A stretch of DNA of 64,000 bases, taken from IMG/VR virus record IMGVR_UViG_3300044294_000233, one strand, 5' to 3'. The DNA comes from a virus (Duplodnaviria; Heunggongvirae; Uroviricota; Caudoviricetes). Both the position numbers and the translations under genes were made by a program. Under the pieces are notes generated by a model, which had not been told where the DNA came from, did not search any database, and worked only from the letters and a program-made list of their open reading frames with translations. How positions within the stretch are numbered: position 1 is the stretch's first letter; every line of letters starts with the position of its first letter. Below are positions 43,655 to 52,518 of this stretch, piece by piece.

Positions 43655-43747
43655 ACGCAACCCCTGTGCCGGGCGAGACTTAACCGCCCGGCACGAATTG
43701 CCAAAATTCTCAAACGGTGCAGACGAAACACTTTCGGAGGGTCTACA

Positions 43748-44428
43748 ATGGCCGATAAGAAGCGAACACTGGCGGATCGGATCTTGGGTCGGAACCAGTT
43801 CGTTCCGAACGAAGAGAAGGTCCACAACCCGTTCAAGGTGAAGATCGGTGCCAACTTCCATCTGGATACACTGAAGTTCCGAGGCGTGTTCTACAACCTG
43901 AAAGAACTGCACGTTCTGGATCGCGGGACCGGCGTGCTGATGGCCGACTACGTTGTCGAGGCGGGCGTCTCGACGGCTGGCAAGGCGATCCCCGACGAGA
44001 ACAAGTCGCTGATCCTTCGGGCTGTGCCGCGTGACGGCGACACCGGCAAGAACAAGATCGACTTCCGCATCGTGGCACTCACCAAGTATTTCGAGTGCGC
44101 GTGGGACGACGAATCGCGTCCGGGGCTGATGGAAGGCGTCAACGATCCGGGCGGCATCTTCGCGATCAATGCCGGGACGGAAGACGAGAAGAAATACTGG
44201 CGTCTTCAGGGTTTGAAGACCGCCGAACACGTCAACGTGACCGTCGTCAAGGATTCCGAAAGCGACGTGGGCCTGAAACGAATCGATCTCTGGGGCTTCT
44301 CGCGGACCACGCAGGATGAAGCCAAACAGGAAGTCAACGAATACCTCTACGTCCAGAAGGACAGCGCCAGCGGCTGGCTTGAGGTGTTCGTCGGGCGGGA
44401 GATTCCGCCCGAAAGGATCAACGTCTGA
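43748..44428 (+). CDS. Hypothetical protein.
   Basis: 226-aa ORF. A hairpin at 43665-43693 precedes it. Confidence 0.4.
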   Translation: MADKKRTLADRILGRNQFVPNEEKVHNPFKVKIGANFHLDTLKFRGVFYNLKELHVLDRGTGVLMADYVVEAGVSTAGKAIPDENKSLILRAVPRDGDTGKNKIDFRIVALTKYFECAWDDESRPGLMEGVNDPGGIFAINAGTEDEKKYWRLQGLKTAEHVNVTVVKDSESDVGLKRIDLWGFSRTTQDEAKQEVNEYLYVQKDSASGWLEVFVGREIPPERINV

Positions 44429-44487
44429 TTCCGCTGCGGTCCCTTAACCCCTAACTGTTTCGCAAAACACAAACAAGGATTCTGACC

Positions 44488-45273
44488 ATGAACACGTTCC
44501 TCATCATCCTCGCGATCCTCGGCGGTGCGGTTCTGCTCGTCTTGGGCGCGAAGAACGTCAAGAAGCTCTGGTTCAACGCCAGATCGTCGGCGTCGGCCGG
44601 CGTCAAGAACATCGACAAGGCCAACGCGGTCAACAACATGAAGCAAGCGGTCGATGACGCGAAGGGCGAGATCTCCGGGTACGTCTCGAAGCTCAACGAG
44701 AGTCAGGGCCAGATCAACAGCCTGACCCGCGAGAGCAACGAGGCGAACAGCGAAGTGAACGTGCTGACCGCGCAGGTGAACGAGCGGGCGCGTGAGGTGA
44801 ACGGCAACACCGACGACCCGGTACTGCTCGATCTCGCCGAGCAGTTGAGTACCGCTCAGGCCCGCGCCGCCGACGCGACGAAGGAACTTGGCGAACAAAC
44901 GACCCTGCACAACAGCGTGCTGACGCAGGTCAAGGAAGCGGTCAAGCGTGCGGACGATCTGGAGAAGGAAGCCGACCGCCTCGGCGTGAAGCTGGACCTT
45001 TCGGCGACCCGCGCGGAACTGGCGAGCGTCGGCATCAACTTCCAGAAGTCCTCGGCTCACAGTAGCCTCGCGGCGGCATCGGGGTACGCGGAAGAGATCC
45101 AGAAGCAGATCGACACCAACAACGGTGCGGTCGAAGTGGCGAAGCAACTGAACCAGACCAGTGCGTCGTCGGCCGCGACCGCCGAGTGGAAGGCCAAGCA
45201 GTCGGCGAAGGCCACCCTCGCGAACCTCGGCATCGGCACCACCAAGCCGGCCGACACCGCCCCACAAGGCTGA
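44488..45273 (+). CDS. Membrane-anchored coiled-coil protein (PspA/IM30-like?).
   Basis: N-terminal transmembrane helix FLIILAILGGAVLLVLGA followed by a long Ala/Gln/Glu-rich coiled coil. Confidence 0.4.
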   Translation: MNTFLIILAILGGAVLLVLGAKNVKKLWFNARSSASAGVKNIDKANAVNNMKQAVDDAKGEISGYVSKLNESQGQINSLTRESNEANSEVNVLTAQVNERAREVNGNTDDPVLLDLAEQLSTAQARAADATKELGEQTTLHNSVLTQVKEAVKRADDLEKEADRLGVKLDLSATRAELASVGINFQKSSAHSSLAAASGYAEEIQKQIDTNNGAVEVAKQLNQTSASSAATAEWKAKQSAKATLANLGIGTTKPADTAPQG

Positions 45274-45290
45274 TCCCTCTCCTCAGCCGG

Positions 45291-45329
45291 AAGGCCCAGG
45301 TCGAATTCGACCTGGGCCTTTTTGTTTTG
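45291..45329 (+). terminator. Rho-independent terminator.
   Basis: Perfect 30-nt palindrome aaggcccaggtcgaattcgacctgggcctt followed by tttgttttg. Confidence 0.7.
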
Positions 45330-45335
45330 CCTTGC

Positions 45336-45366
45336 TTTACAAGTGGCTCTGGCCGATCTATAACTG
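45336..45366 (+). promoter_or_regulatory. Sigma70-like promoter TTTACA-17-TATAAC overlapping the TCTATAACTG motif variant, 31 nt upstream of the ATG at 45397.
   Basis: tttaca at 45336-45341, a 17-nt spacer, and tataac at 45359-45364. Confidence 0.45.
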
Positions 45367-45396
45367 TCCCTGACACCAAACACAAAGGTACAACCA

Positions 45397-45675
45397 ATGA
45401 CCGCGTTCCCGTTCAAGCCAGATGCCCCCAACGTTGAAGTGATCGGCATCGGAGTGGCGCAGAAGCTCGAACCCCCGCAACTACTGGAAGAAGCCCTCAA
45501 GGTTTGCAACGAGCTACAGAGCGTCCACAAAGCTCAGAAACCGATCCTCAGACACTTCGTACACCTCGGCCATCACGATCTGGTCGGCACCGTGATCGAA
45601 CGCGCCGGGGTGTTTACCATCTTCATCGGCCTCGGCCTCGAAGTTATCTCGGCCACTCAGGGCATCCACAAGTGA
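45397..45675 (+). CDS. Hypothetical protein.
   Basis: 92-aa ORF. Confidence 0.4.
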   Translation: MTAFPFKPDAPNVEVIGIGVAQKLEPPQLLEEALKVCNELQSVHKAQKPILRHFVHLGHHDLVGTVIERAGVFTIFIGLGLEVISATQGIHK

Positions 45676-45680
45676 GCATG

Positions 45681-46694
45681 TTCAAGGTGCCGGACGGCAA
45701 GATGTTCATTCTGCCGCCGCTCGCCACACCAGCGAAGCAAGGACCGTTCTTCGTCGCCCGGAAGAACGGCTCCGCGATGTTCAACCCGACCAAGAAGAAC
45801 GTCTGTGGTTGTCCGATCTGTGAATTCGAGAAAGACCAGCGTGCCATGTCCAAGCCCACACTGACGCCTCTGGTGCTTCCTTCCGTCGCTGCCGGCAAAG
45901 GACTCGACCACCTCAACAAGAGGGGCTGCTGCAAGTATTGGCCCAACCTGACGGACGAAGCACTCGTCCGTCACGGCAACGAGTGCTTCTACTGCACCGC
46001 CAACCCCGAAGTCGGCCTCGACATCTGGCACCTCGACTACGCGACCCGTACCGTTGTGCTGAAAGAGGTCGTGGTCGTCTGCAAGTGGTGCTACCGCGCC
46101 GTCAACATCGCCGAGTCCGAAGAGAGCGATTACTTCCAAGAGGTCGTTCACCACATCGGCACCGTTCGCGGCATTAAGAAACAAGAAGTCGGGGAACTGA
46201 TTCGCGCCGCCTACGAAAACTGGGAGGTGGCGACACAAGGCCAGTGGGAACTCAGTTACGGCGACTTCGCCCACTTCATCCACGAGCCGGGGAAGCTTCC
46301 CGATGTTTCCGTCTTCGATAAGCTCCCGAAGCTCAAGGACCACGAAAGAAAGCCGTCCCAGACGAATCACGTCAAGTTTTTGCTCGTGAAACGTGACGCG
46401 AATAAAACATTGGGGAAGGGTCCGTGTCCGGTCTTCATTCTCAGCGGCAACATGCAGGAGGTCGATCAGATCTGGTCATGTGCTGCCCACATGACTAAAA
46501 ACGGTCACCTCGCGGCCGAGGCGTTCGCGTCTACAATGAGAGAGTCCGAGGTCAAACCCATCTTGTCCGCAACCGGGTTTGTTGGTATTGTGCTGGACAA
46601 AACGGACTCCAAGTACGAAATCGAGAAGACGCTCCAAGTCCTGTTCGGGAGTGTCGCAAAGTCGATTCAGTTCACCGAAGGTAAAGTGAAATGA
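45681..46694 (+). CDS. Cys-rich hypothetical protein.
   Basis: ATG at 45681 (GTG at 45675 is also possible). CGCPIC and CxxC pairs are present. It lies inside the longer annotated frame 45504..46694. Confidence 0.4.
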   Translation, partial: FKVPDGKMFILPPLATPAKQGPFFVARKNGSAMFNPTKKNVCGCPICEFEKDQRAMSKPTLTPLVLPSVAAGKGLDHLNKRGCCKYWPNLTDEALVRHGNECFYCTANPEVGLDIWHLDYATRTVVLKEVVVVCKWCYRAVNIAESEESDYFQEVVHHIGTVRGIKKQEVGELIRAAYENWEVATQGQWELSYGDFAHFIHEPGKLPDVSVFDKLPKLKDHERKPSQTNHVKFLLVKRDANKTLGKGPCPVFILSGNMQEVDQIWSCAAHMTKNGHLAAEAFASTMRESEVKPILSATGFVGIVLDKTDSKYEIEKTLQVLFGSVAKSIQFTEGKVK

Positions 46695-47221
46695 AGATCA
46701 CGAAGTTCCGCGACATCCCGCAGTTCGTGCGGCACGGCTCTTACGAGGTCGATGTCTCGCCGGAAAGCCTGATCAGCACCATCAACGACTTCGTTGAACA
46801 AGGTCTGGATTTGGACCCCGACTTCCAGAGGGGACACGTCTGGTCCGACAAGCAGCGGGTCGCGTTCGTTGAGTTCTTCTTGCGCGGCGGCAAGACCGGC
46901 CGCGTCATTTACCTCAACAACCCGAACTGGCACTTCAACAACGAGAAGGGCTACAACGATTTCGTCATCGTTGACGGCAAGCAACGGGTCGAAGCGTTCC
47001 GCAAGTTCATCAACAATGAGATCAAGGCGTTCGGCTCCTACTACCGCGAGTACACCGACAGCATCCGCCTCGTCAACACGATGAAGATCAACGTCAACGA
47101 TCTGCGGACGCGGGCCGACGTTCTCCAGTGGTACATTGACTTCAACGCGGGCGGCGTGGTACACTCGGACAAAGAAATCAGCCGCGTTCGGCGGCTACTC
47201 AAAAAGGAAACGTCAAAATGA
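46691..47221 (+). CDS. DUF262 / ParB-like nuclease-domain protein (GmrSD N-terminal-like), short form.
   Basis: LDPDFQRGHVWSDKQRVAFVEFFLRGGKTGRVIYLN...VIVDGKQRVEAFRKF matches the DUF262 pattern (FQRxxVW...Q...I(D)S...G.P...I... DGQQR). Confidence 0.5.
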   Translation: MKITKFRDIPQFVRHGSYEVDVSPESLISTINDFVEQGLDLDPDFQRGHVWSDKQRVAFVEFFLRGGKTGRVIYLNNPNWHFNNEKGYNDFVIVDGKQRVEAFRKFINNEIKAFGSYYREYTDSIRLVNTMKINVNDLRTRADVLQWYIDFNAGGVVHSDKEISRVRRLLKKETSK

Positions 47222-47509
47222 TCGTCGTCACCCAGAACTGCGTTAACCCGGACTTCAAACCGCTCGGCATGGTCGTCATCTCGCACGACTTCGAGACAAC
47301 GGCGGCTACCATCCGCGCCGTCAAAGACATGATGGAGCTTCTCAAGAAAGAAGCTCCACAAGGCACAACGCACTTGTTCAACTTCCGGTGCGAATTCCAG
47401 CCCGGATTGAGTTCGTTCGCCCAAGCCGACGCCTATAACGACGGCAAGACCCCGTTCCGGCCCCGTGGTCAGAAGCCCGAAGAACCCAAACCCCAAGACG
47501 GAGTTTCCA

Positions 47510-48106
47510 ATGTCAATGCCCCCCTTCAAGGTTCCCCACACCACTACGGATGAACAGGTAACGGAACTAGCCAAGAAGTTCCTACCGATCAGACTCAAGG
47601 GGAACAAAGCGTTCCTGTTGGAACACAAGGCCGACCTGTTCAACCAGTCGTACACATGGGACGCCAAAGAGAAACCGTACAAGGGCGACCTTTACGTTCT
47701 CGACCGACTGTGGACGGTTCACACCTTCGGCTATCAGGGCTTCTTCAAGCCGTCCATCGCTGAAGTCATTCAACAGATTCCACGATGCTACGACAAACTG
47801 AAGGTGCTGTACTTCGAGATCATCGCGCCGGAAGACGCCAGCGACCTCAACCTGTGGATCGAACACATCCACGCGGGCGTCCACGTCGCGAAGACCAACC
47901 TGTACGTCCCCGAACCGTCGTCGCAGCTTATGGCGGGGTACTGGCACGAGAACCGCGACATGCTCCACATGCACGGCGCGAACGACATGACCCCCGCACA
48001 GTTCGCCATCGAATGGATCGAACGGCTCCGGGCCGAAGACCGTCTCGAAGTTCTGGACGCGATGACGGTTTACGACCCGAAGACCGGCCAGCCCAAGAAG
48101 GCTTGA
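47510..48106 (+). CDS. Hypothetical protein.
   Basis: ATG at 47510 within the frame 47465..48106. The 47218..47553 ORF (111 aa) is an alternative upstream frame. Confidence 0.35.
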   Translation: MSMPPFKVPHTTTDEQVTELAKKFLPIRLKGNKAFLLEHKADLFNQSYTWDAKEKPYKGDLYVLDRLWTVHTFGYQGFFKPSIAEVIQQIPRCYDKLKVLYFEIIAPEDASDLNLWIEHIHAGVHVAKTNLYVPEPSSQLMAGYWHENRDMLHMHGANDMTPAQFAIEWIERLRAEDRLEVLDAMTVYDPKTGQPKKA

Positions 48107-48165
48107 CGCAGATAAAGAAAAGCGGTAGTATCTTGCTGTCGATACACCCCTTTCAAGGAAAAGCC

Positions 48166-48540
48166 ATGAACAAGACGACGTGGGCAGTGGTCGCGATCCT
48201 TCTGTGTTCGGTCGGCTACAACCTGTACCAGCGGCACCAGAACGACCGGCTGCAACAGGCGGTCCTGCTGATCGACCAGAAGGACAAGCTGCAACAGCAG
48301 CAGATGAACGACTTCACCATGACGATGTACCAGCGGCAGACCGAGAACACTCTCGAACTCGCGCGGCAGAACGGCAAGATCGAAGGCATGCTCGCGGTGA
48401 TCACCGGCCAGAAGCCGAACGAGTACGAGGGCAACCAACTCTGGCATGCCGGGTACTACCGTGGGTTGGATCAGGCCAAAGACATGAAGACGGGTTCGCC
48501 GCCGGAAGACACGATCAAGGTGAACAAGAAAGACAAGTGA
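48166..48540 (+). CDS. Small membrane protein with an N-terminal transmembrane helix and a Gln-rich coiled coil.
   Basis: MNKTTWAVVAILLCSVGYNLY... It lies inside the longer annotated frame 47785..48540. Confidence 0.35.
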   Translation: MNKTTWAVVAILLCSVGYNLYQRHQNDRLQQAVLLIDQKDKLQQQQMNDFTMTMYQRQTENTLELARQNGKIEGMLAVITGQKPNEYEGNQLWHAGYYRGLDQAKDMKTGSPPEDTIKVNKKDK

Positions 48541-48674
48541 AGCCCCTAGTCCCATTTCGCTGGCGTGGGATGTTGTCCCGAAAAGCGGTTTAACCGACGA
48601 AGTAGGGCATCGTTGGCACTTTGGGGAAGTCAGCGGGCGGCAGGCGGTGCCGTAGCGGGTGCGCACCCGTCCGT

Positions 48675-48717
48675 AATGCCAGCAGGCGACTTCGGTTGGC
48701 CTGCTGGCATTTTCTTT
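48675..48717 (+). terminator. Rho-independent terminator.
   Basis: aatgccagcagg ... cctgctggcatt stem followed by ttcttt. Confidence 0.55.
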
Positions 48718-48731
48718 AACCGGAGACACAA

Positions 48732-49250
48732 ATGGGAACAGAGTTCGTCCCCGAAGGCTGCGACTTCCAAACGGCCGAAGCCGTCAACATCGAAAGCTGC
48801 ACCCTCCTCGGCTTCAACAACTGCTTCTCGGTCAGGCTCGCGGACGGCAGCTACGCCGATGTCGTGAACTTCTACCACGAAGACATCGAAGACCTTCTCG
48901 AAAAGAAGGAAATCACTTGGCCGATCCAAGTCGCGGTCCTCGGCCCGAAGACCGTCGCTTTCAACGATCCGCGACTGCCGCACGGCAAATATCGCAAGGA
49001 TTTCTGTACGGTCTGCTGCCCGGTCGAACTCCTGCCGACTCCGCAACGCCTCCAGATCGCTCGCGAGATTCAGTGCGGGAAGACCAAGTACACCCGGCAC
49101 GAAGGCGGCATGGTAATCATCAGCCACAACCACCGTTGTGAAGGTGCGCCGAAGCTGACGAATTGGAAGGTCGAGATCAACCCGAATCCGACCGTCGTCT
49201 ACTGTCTGGACGAAGCCGCCCTCAAAGCCTTTGACGGAGACAAGAAATGA
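48732..49250 (+). CDS. Cys-rich hypothetical protein.
   Basis: 172-aa ORF with a GGAGA ribosome-binding site. Confidence 0.4.
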   Translation: MGTEFVPEGCDFQTAEAVNIESCTLLGFNNCFSVRLADGSYADVVNFYHEDIEDLLEKKEITWPIQVAVLGPKTVAFNDPRLPHGKYRKDFCTVCCPVELLPTPQRLQIAREIQCGKTKYTRHEGGMVIISHNHRCEGAPKLTNWKVEINPNPTVVYCLDEAALKAFDGDKK

Positions 49251-50434
49251 ACTGGCTCGGCTGGCTCGGTGCAATCCTCGGCGTCCTCGCGAGCGTGTGG
49301 GTGCTGTTCCGCTACGCCGGATCAATAACGATCCGTCTCGACGCCCGCACGTTCAAGACGCTGTACGAGATCTCCAAACGACCGGGCCACCGGAAGTTCA
49401 TCATCAGCGAAGAGTTCATCACCGAAGCTAAGTACCCCGTCGAGTTCCGCGCCCTCTGCTTCTTCGAGGGCTGCCCGTGGTTCTACCTCAACCACGGCGA
49501 ACGGTTGCTGACGGCGGGGTGGCACGGCAAGGACAGCGTGACGCATCTGACCTGTTTACGTTGGCGTGCCGCCCGCGTCAAACAGTACCTCGACTTCAAG
49601 ATCAAAGAGATCCAGATGAACAGTCTGGGCGTCCCGGCCGAAGTCATCATGCCCAACTACACGGACATGATCGGCCTCATCAAAGGGACGCCCCCGCAGC
49701 CCGCTCTGGACCCGCAACTGTGGGAAGACATCGAGAAGGATGCGGCCGAAGTGTTCTCTGGGAAGAAGCAGAAGAGTGGCGCGTTGATCTACGGCCCGCC
49801 CGGTAACAACAAGACGTTCTTCATCAAGTATCTGGCGACCAAGTACCGGGTGCCGATCAAGATTATCACGTTCACACCGGACTTCAGTAACTTCGATGTG
49901 ATGGGGATTTTTAGCCAGATCAGCAGCCGGTGCATCGTACTGTTCGAGGACTTCGACAACTACTTCGACGGCCGGCGGTGCATCCTCGGAACCGAGAACC
50001 ACAGCATCAAGTTCACGTTTGATCAGATTCTCAATGGGCTGGACGGGGTCTACAATACCTACGAGAACTGTTTTTTCGTGATGACCGTTAACGACATAAC
50101 GAAAGTCGATCACGCGCTCAAAAACCGTCCGAGCCGCTTCAAGTTCGTCCGTGAGTTCAAGTGTCCCGATCTGCAAACGCGGATGAAATTGTTGCCGAAG
50201 CAATGGGCCGAGAGCAGTGAGGGGTTGAACCTCGACCAGATCTTCCGGCTCAAAGAGTTCCACGAACAAGGACTGTCTCTGGACGAAGCCAAATCGAATC
50301 TTGGCCAAGCCGACAGGACCGCAGAAATCGCGAAGATGGCACACCAGCTTTACGAGAAGCGGGTTCGCGAAGGTCTGGCCGGGGATAACGAGGGCGACTG
50401 GTACGAAGCCAAAAGGATACTGGGTGTCACTTAA
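49247..50434 (+). CDS. Membrane-anchored AAA+ ATPase (BCS1-like architecture).
   Basis: The N-terminal transmembrane helix is WLGWLGAILGVLASVWVLF. ALIYGPPGNNKTFFIKYLA is the Walker A motif and CIVLFEDFD the Walker B. NRPSRF resembles a sensor/Arg-finger region. Confidence 0.7.
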   Translation: MNWLGWLGAILGVLASVWVLFRYAGSITIRLDARTFKTLYEISKRPGHRKFIISEEFITEAKYPVEFRALCFFEGCPWFYLNHGERLLTAGWHGKDSVTHLTCLRWRAARVKQYLDFKIKEIQMNSLGVPAEVIMPNYTDMIGLIKGTPPQPALDPQLWEDIEKDAAEVFSGKKQKSGALIYGPPGNNKTFFIKYLATKYRVPIKIITFTPDFSNFDVMGIFSQISSRCIVLFEDFDNYFDGRRCILGTENHSIKFTFDQILNGLDGVYNTYENCFFVMTVNDITKVDHALKNRPSRFKFVREFKCPDLQTRMKLLPKQWAESSEGLNLDQIFRLKEFHEQGLSLDEAKSNLGQADRTAEIAKMAHQLYEKRVREGLAGDNEGDWYEAKRILGVT

Positions 50435-50463
50435 CCGAGGAGTCAATTTGACCGAGGTGCCAC

Positions 50464-50838
50464 ATGCAGGAGAGATACTGTACCGAAAACGGGAAAGTGT
50501 CTCATACCTCTGAAAACCAAGCACGGCAAGCACTGAGTTCTCTGAAACGCGCTAAGGGGTATAACGGACACGTTTGCGTCTGTGCATTCTGCGGATTCTT
50601 TCACGTCGGACGACTGGGCCGGCGTACCGTTCGCAACAAACTCATGAAGAAGAAGGAGAGGAAGAAACGTGTTAGACTCACTCGATCACGCATTACGATC
50701 TACATTACCGGCCTTACTGAAGGACCGGAGCAAGTGGGACAGCTTGATTGTCAACCGCCGGAAACCCCACACTTACCGGGTCTTCACGACTCTGGAGAAT
50801 GGGGATCGGATCTGTCTCCACAAGTTCAACCCGTGTGA
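50464..50838 (+). CDS. Small basic zinc-ribbon-like protein (paralog of 51271..51477). Its 3' end is uncertain because it overlaps the next gene.
   Basis: KGYNGHVCVCAFCGFFHVGRLGRRTVRNKLMKKKERKK parallels KGHVYFCGWCGTYHVGRNSPNNKNKYRRG in the paralog. Confidence 0.3.
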   Translation: MQERYCTENGKVSHTSENQARQALSSLKRAKGYNGHVCVCAFCGFFHVGRLGRRTVRNKLMKKKERKKRVRLTRSRITIYITGLTEGPEQVGQLDCQPPETPHLPGLHDSGEWGSDLSPQVQPV

Positions 50839-51298
50839 CACGCACGAAGCGTTCGCACACCCGCACCCGTGGCCCGGTGCCTTCATCATCCTTCAGGGTG
50901 CCTACCGGATGAAGGTGGGTTTCAGCAAGGATCGCACCGACGAATCGCCCGGACAGGTCGCCGAGTTCATTCTGCGGGAACACTCGGCCTACGAGATCGT
51001 CAACCCGCTGACGTGGCACTCGGTGGTCCCGCTCACCACGACGTACACGGTCATGCTCAACGCCGCCCCGTTCCCGCCCGACGTGGCGCACACGAGCATT
51101 CGCAGGACCGGCGGTAAAGACCTCGACAAGATGCCAGAAGACGAACTGGTCGATCACCTCCAAGTGTTCGCCAACCTCGTCGGCAAGTTCCAACTGACCG
51201 TGTGTTCGGCGTGCGACGGCAGCGGCGTCGGCTCGCCCGCGCACCCGTGGGGTTCCCCGAAGTGCGGTGAATGCAACGGAACGGGAGAGAGGCTGTGA
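50669..51298 (+). CDS. Protein with C-terminal DnaJ-type zinc-finger repeats (CxxCxGxG).
   Basis: GTG start. The C-terminus reads CSACDGSGVGSPAHPWGSPKCGECNGTGERL. The opposite-strand 384-aa ORF is an Arg-rich antisense artefact. Confidence 0.4.
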   Translation: MLDSLDHALRSTLPALLKDRSKWDSLIVNRRKPHTYRVFTTLENGDRICLHKFNPCDTHEAFAHPHPWPGAFIILQGAYRMKVGFSKDRTDESPGQVAEFILREHSAYEIVNPLTWHSVVPLTTTYTVMLNAAPFPPDVAHTSIRRTGGKDLDKMPEDELVDHLQVFANLVGKFQLTVCSACDGSGVGSPAHPWGSPKCGECNGTGERL

Positions 51299-51477
51299 AA
51301 CGGTGTCGTCACACCGGCAAACACTGTCACTCGGAAGGGGCTGCGGAAGCACAACTCCGCAGCCTCCTTCGACTCGATCCTTCTTACAAGGGCCACGTCT
51401 ATTTCTGCGGCTGGTGCGGTACTTACCATGTCGGCCGTAACAGCCCCAACAACAAGAACAAGTATCGCCGAGGCTAA
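51271..51477 (+). CDS. Small basic zinc-ribbon-like protein (paralog of the 50464 gene).
   Basis: 68-aa ORF. See the 50464 entry for the shared motif. Confidence 0.4.
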   Translation: MQRNGREAVKRCRHTGKHCHSEGAAEAQLRSLLRLDPSYKGHVYFCGWCGTYHVGRNSPNNKNKYRRG

Positions 51478-51478
51478 C

Positions 51479-51943
51479 ATGGAAATCTTCGAGGTCCACA
51501 TCGCCGGGGACGAACGCATTCACAACTTGGGCCTTAAAACCATTACCGTCGAGTTGCTCAAGCCGGACTTCACGCTGCTCCGCATCGAACACATGACTTC
51601 GCAAGTCATTAAGTGTAGCGGCTACCAAGAGTGTCTCGCCAAGACACTCGAACTGGCCGCGACTCTGCCCGGCGTCGTTCGCACAAAAATCGAATGCCCG
51701 ACCTACGAACACTACGTCGAGCAAAGCCTCTACATGGAGAGCCACTTCGAGACGAAGACCAACACTTACCCCATCAGCCGCAATCAGAAGAAGACGGAAC
51801 TGATGGGAACCGAACGGGTCTACGACCACGCCCTTTACCTGCCCTTCCGCCAGAAGTGGCTCGGACAAGTGGTCGAACTGTGTCTGTACGATACCAACAC
51901 GGACGAAGACAAAGACTGGTTCTCACTCTGGAAACAACAATGA
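51479..51943 (+). CDS. Hypothetical protein.
   Basis: ATG at 51479 within the frame 51428..51943. Confidence 0.4.
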   Translation: MEIFEVHIAGDERIHNLGLKTITVELLKPDFTLLRIEHMTSQVIKCSGYQECLAKTLELAATLPGVVRTKIECPTYEHYVEQSLYMESHFETKTNTYPISRNQKKTELMGTERVYDHALYLPFRQKWLGQVVELCLYDTNTDEDKDWFSLWKQQ

Positions 51944-52116
51944 AACTCAATCTGACGCCCGAACAAATCGAAGAACTCAAAGACCGCATCCTCAACTTCG
52001 GCAATTTTCACTGGTGCGAGTGTTCCGAGTGCAAGTACGACTGTAGCTCGCACGCGGTTGACATCGACAAAAGCCTCCAAAAACTCGCCGAAGAAGTGCT
52101 GAAGGACGAGGAATAG
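51940..52116 (+). CDS. Small Cys-containing protein.
   Basis: 58-aa ORF containing CECSECKYDC. The ATGA overlap with the upstream gene suggests translational coupling. Confidence 0.3.
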   Translation: MKLNLTPEQIEELKDRILNFGNFHWCECSECKYDCSSHAVDIDKSLQKLAEEVLKDEE

Positions 52117-52126
52117 GTCTATATTG
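52117..52126 (+). promoter_or_regulatory. GTCTATATTG motif variant, 31 nt upstream of the ATG at 52158.
   Basis: Same family as GTCTATACTG. Confidence 0.3.
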
Positions 52127-52157
52127 GGGGCATGTGGTTTCCCCAATGAGGCGAATC

Positions 52158-52463
52158 ATGTGGACCGATGAACTGGTCGCGCGGCTGAAGAAGTACGTCG
52201 AGGCCAACAGGTTCTTCGTCGTCAAGTACCGTGGCAGCCGCGTCTACAACGTGGACGAGCGAAACAAGGAGTACAACGACACCGGCTGGCCCGCCTACTA
52301 TCTCAGGCCGTGCTACGACGACCCCTGTGACTTGGAGAAGACTCAGCCGTCCGACTTCCAAGTCTTCCTGCTCAAGCCGGTGGAATGGACGTTGGACGAG
52401 CCGGATTGGAGCGAGGCCGACGCCGAATCTTGGAACGAATACGTCAAAGCAACACAAAAGTAA
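52158..52463 (+). CDS. Hypothetical acidic protein.
   Basis: The ATG at 52158 has a GAGG ribosome-binding site 9 nt upstream and is the preferred start over the annotated 52134. Confidence 0.4.
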   Translation: MWTDELVARLKKYVEANRFFVVKYRGSRVYNVDERNKEYNDTGWPAYYLRPCYDDPCDLEKTQPSDFQVFLLKPVEWTLDEPDWSEADAESWNEYVKATQK

Positions 52464-52518
52464 TCTTCACATCCCCCGTAAGTTGGCTTACAATGGAGCC
52501 AACTTACGGGGGATCGTC

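Noticed and set aside
43748-43760. ggagggtctacaATGg, which resembles the GTCTATACTG motif.
   Set aside because: It overlaps the ribosome-binding site and start codon of the 43748 gene and lacks the TATACT hexamer, so it is probably a coincidence.
50714-51868. 384-aa minus-strand ORF, and similar long reverse ORFs at 44347..45267, 45657..46370, 48630..49325, 49556..50533, 54567..55247, 58604..59608 (+) and 59491..60654 (+).
   Set aside because: Each overlaps a more protein-like ORF on the other strand (the AAA+ ATPase, the HExxH peptidase, the DnaJ-ZnF protein and so on). Their Arg/Leu/Val-rich, low-complexity translations indicate non-coding antisense frames.
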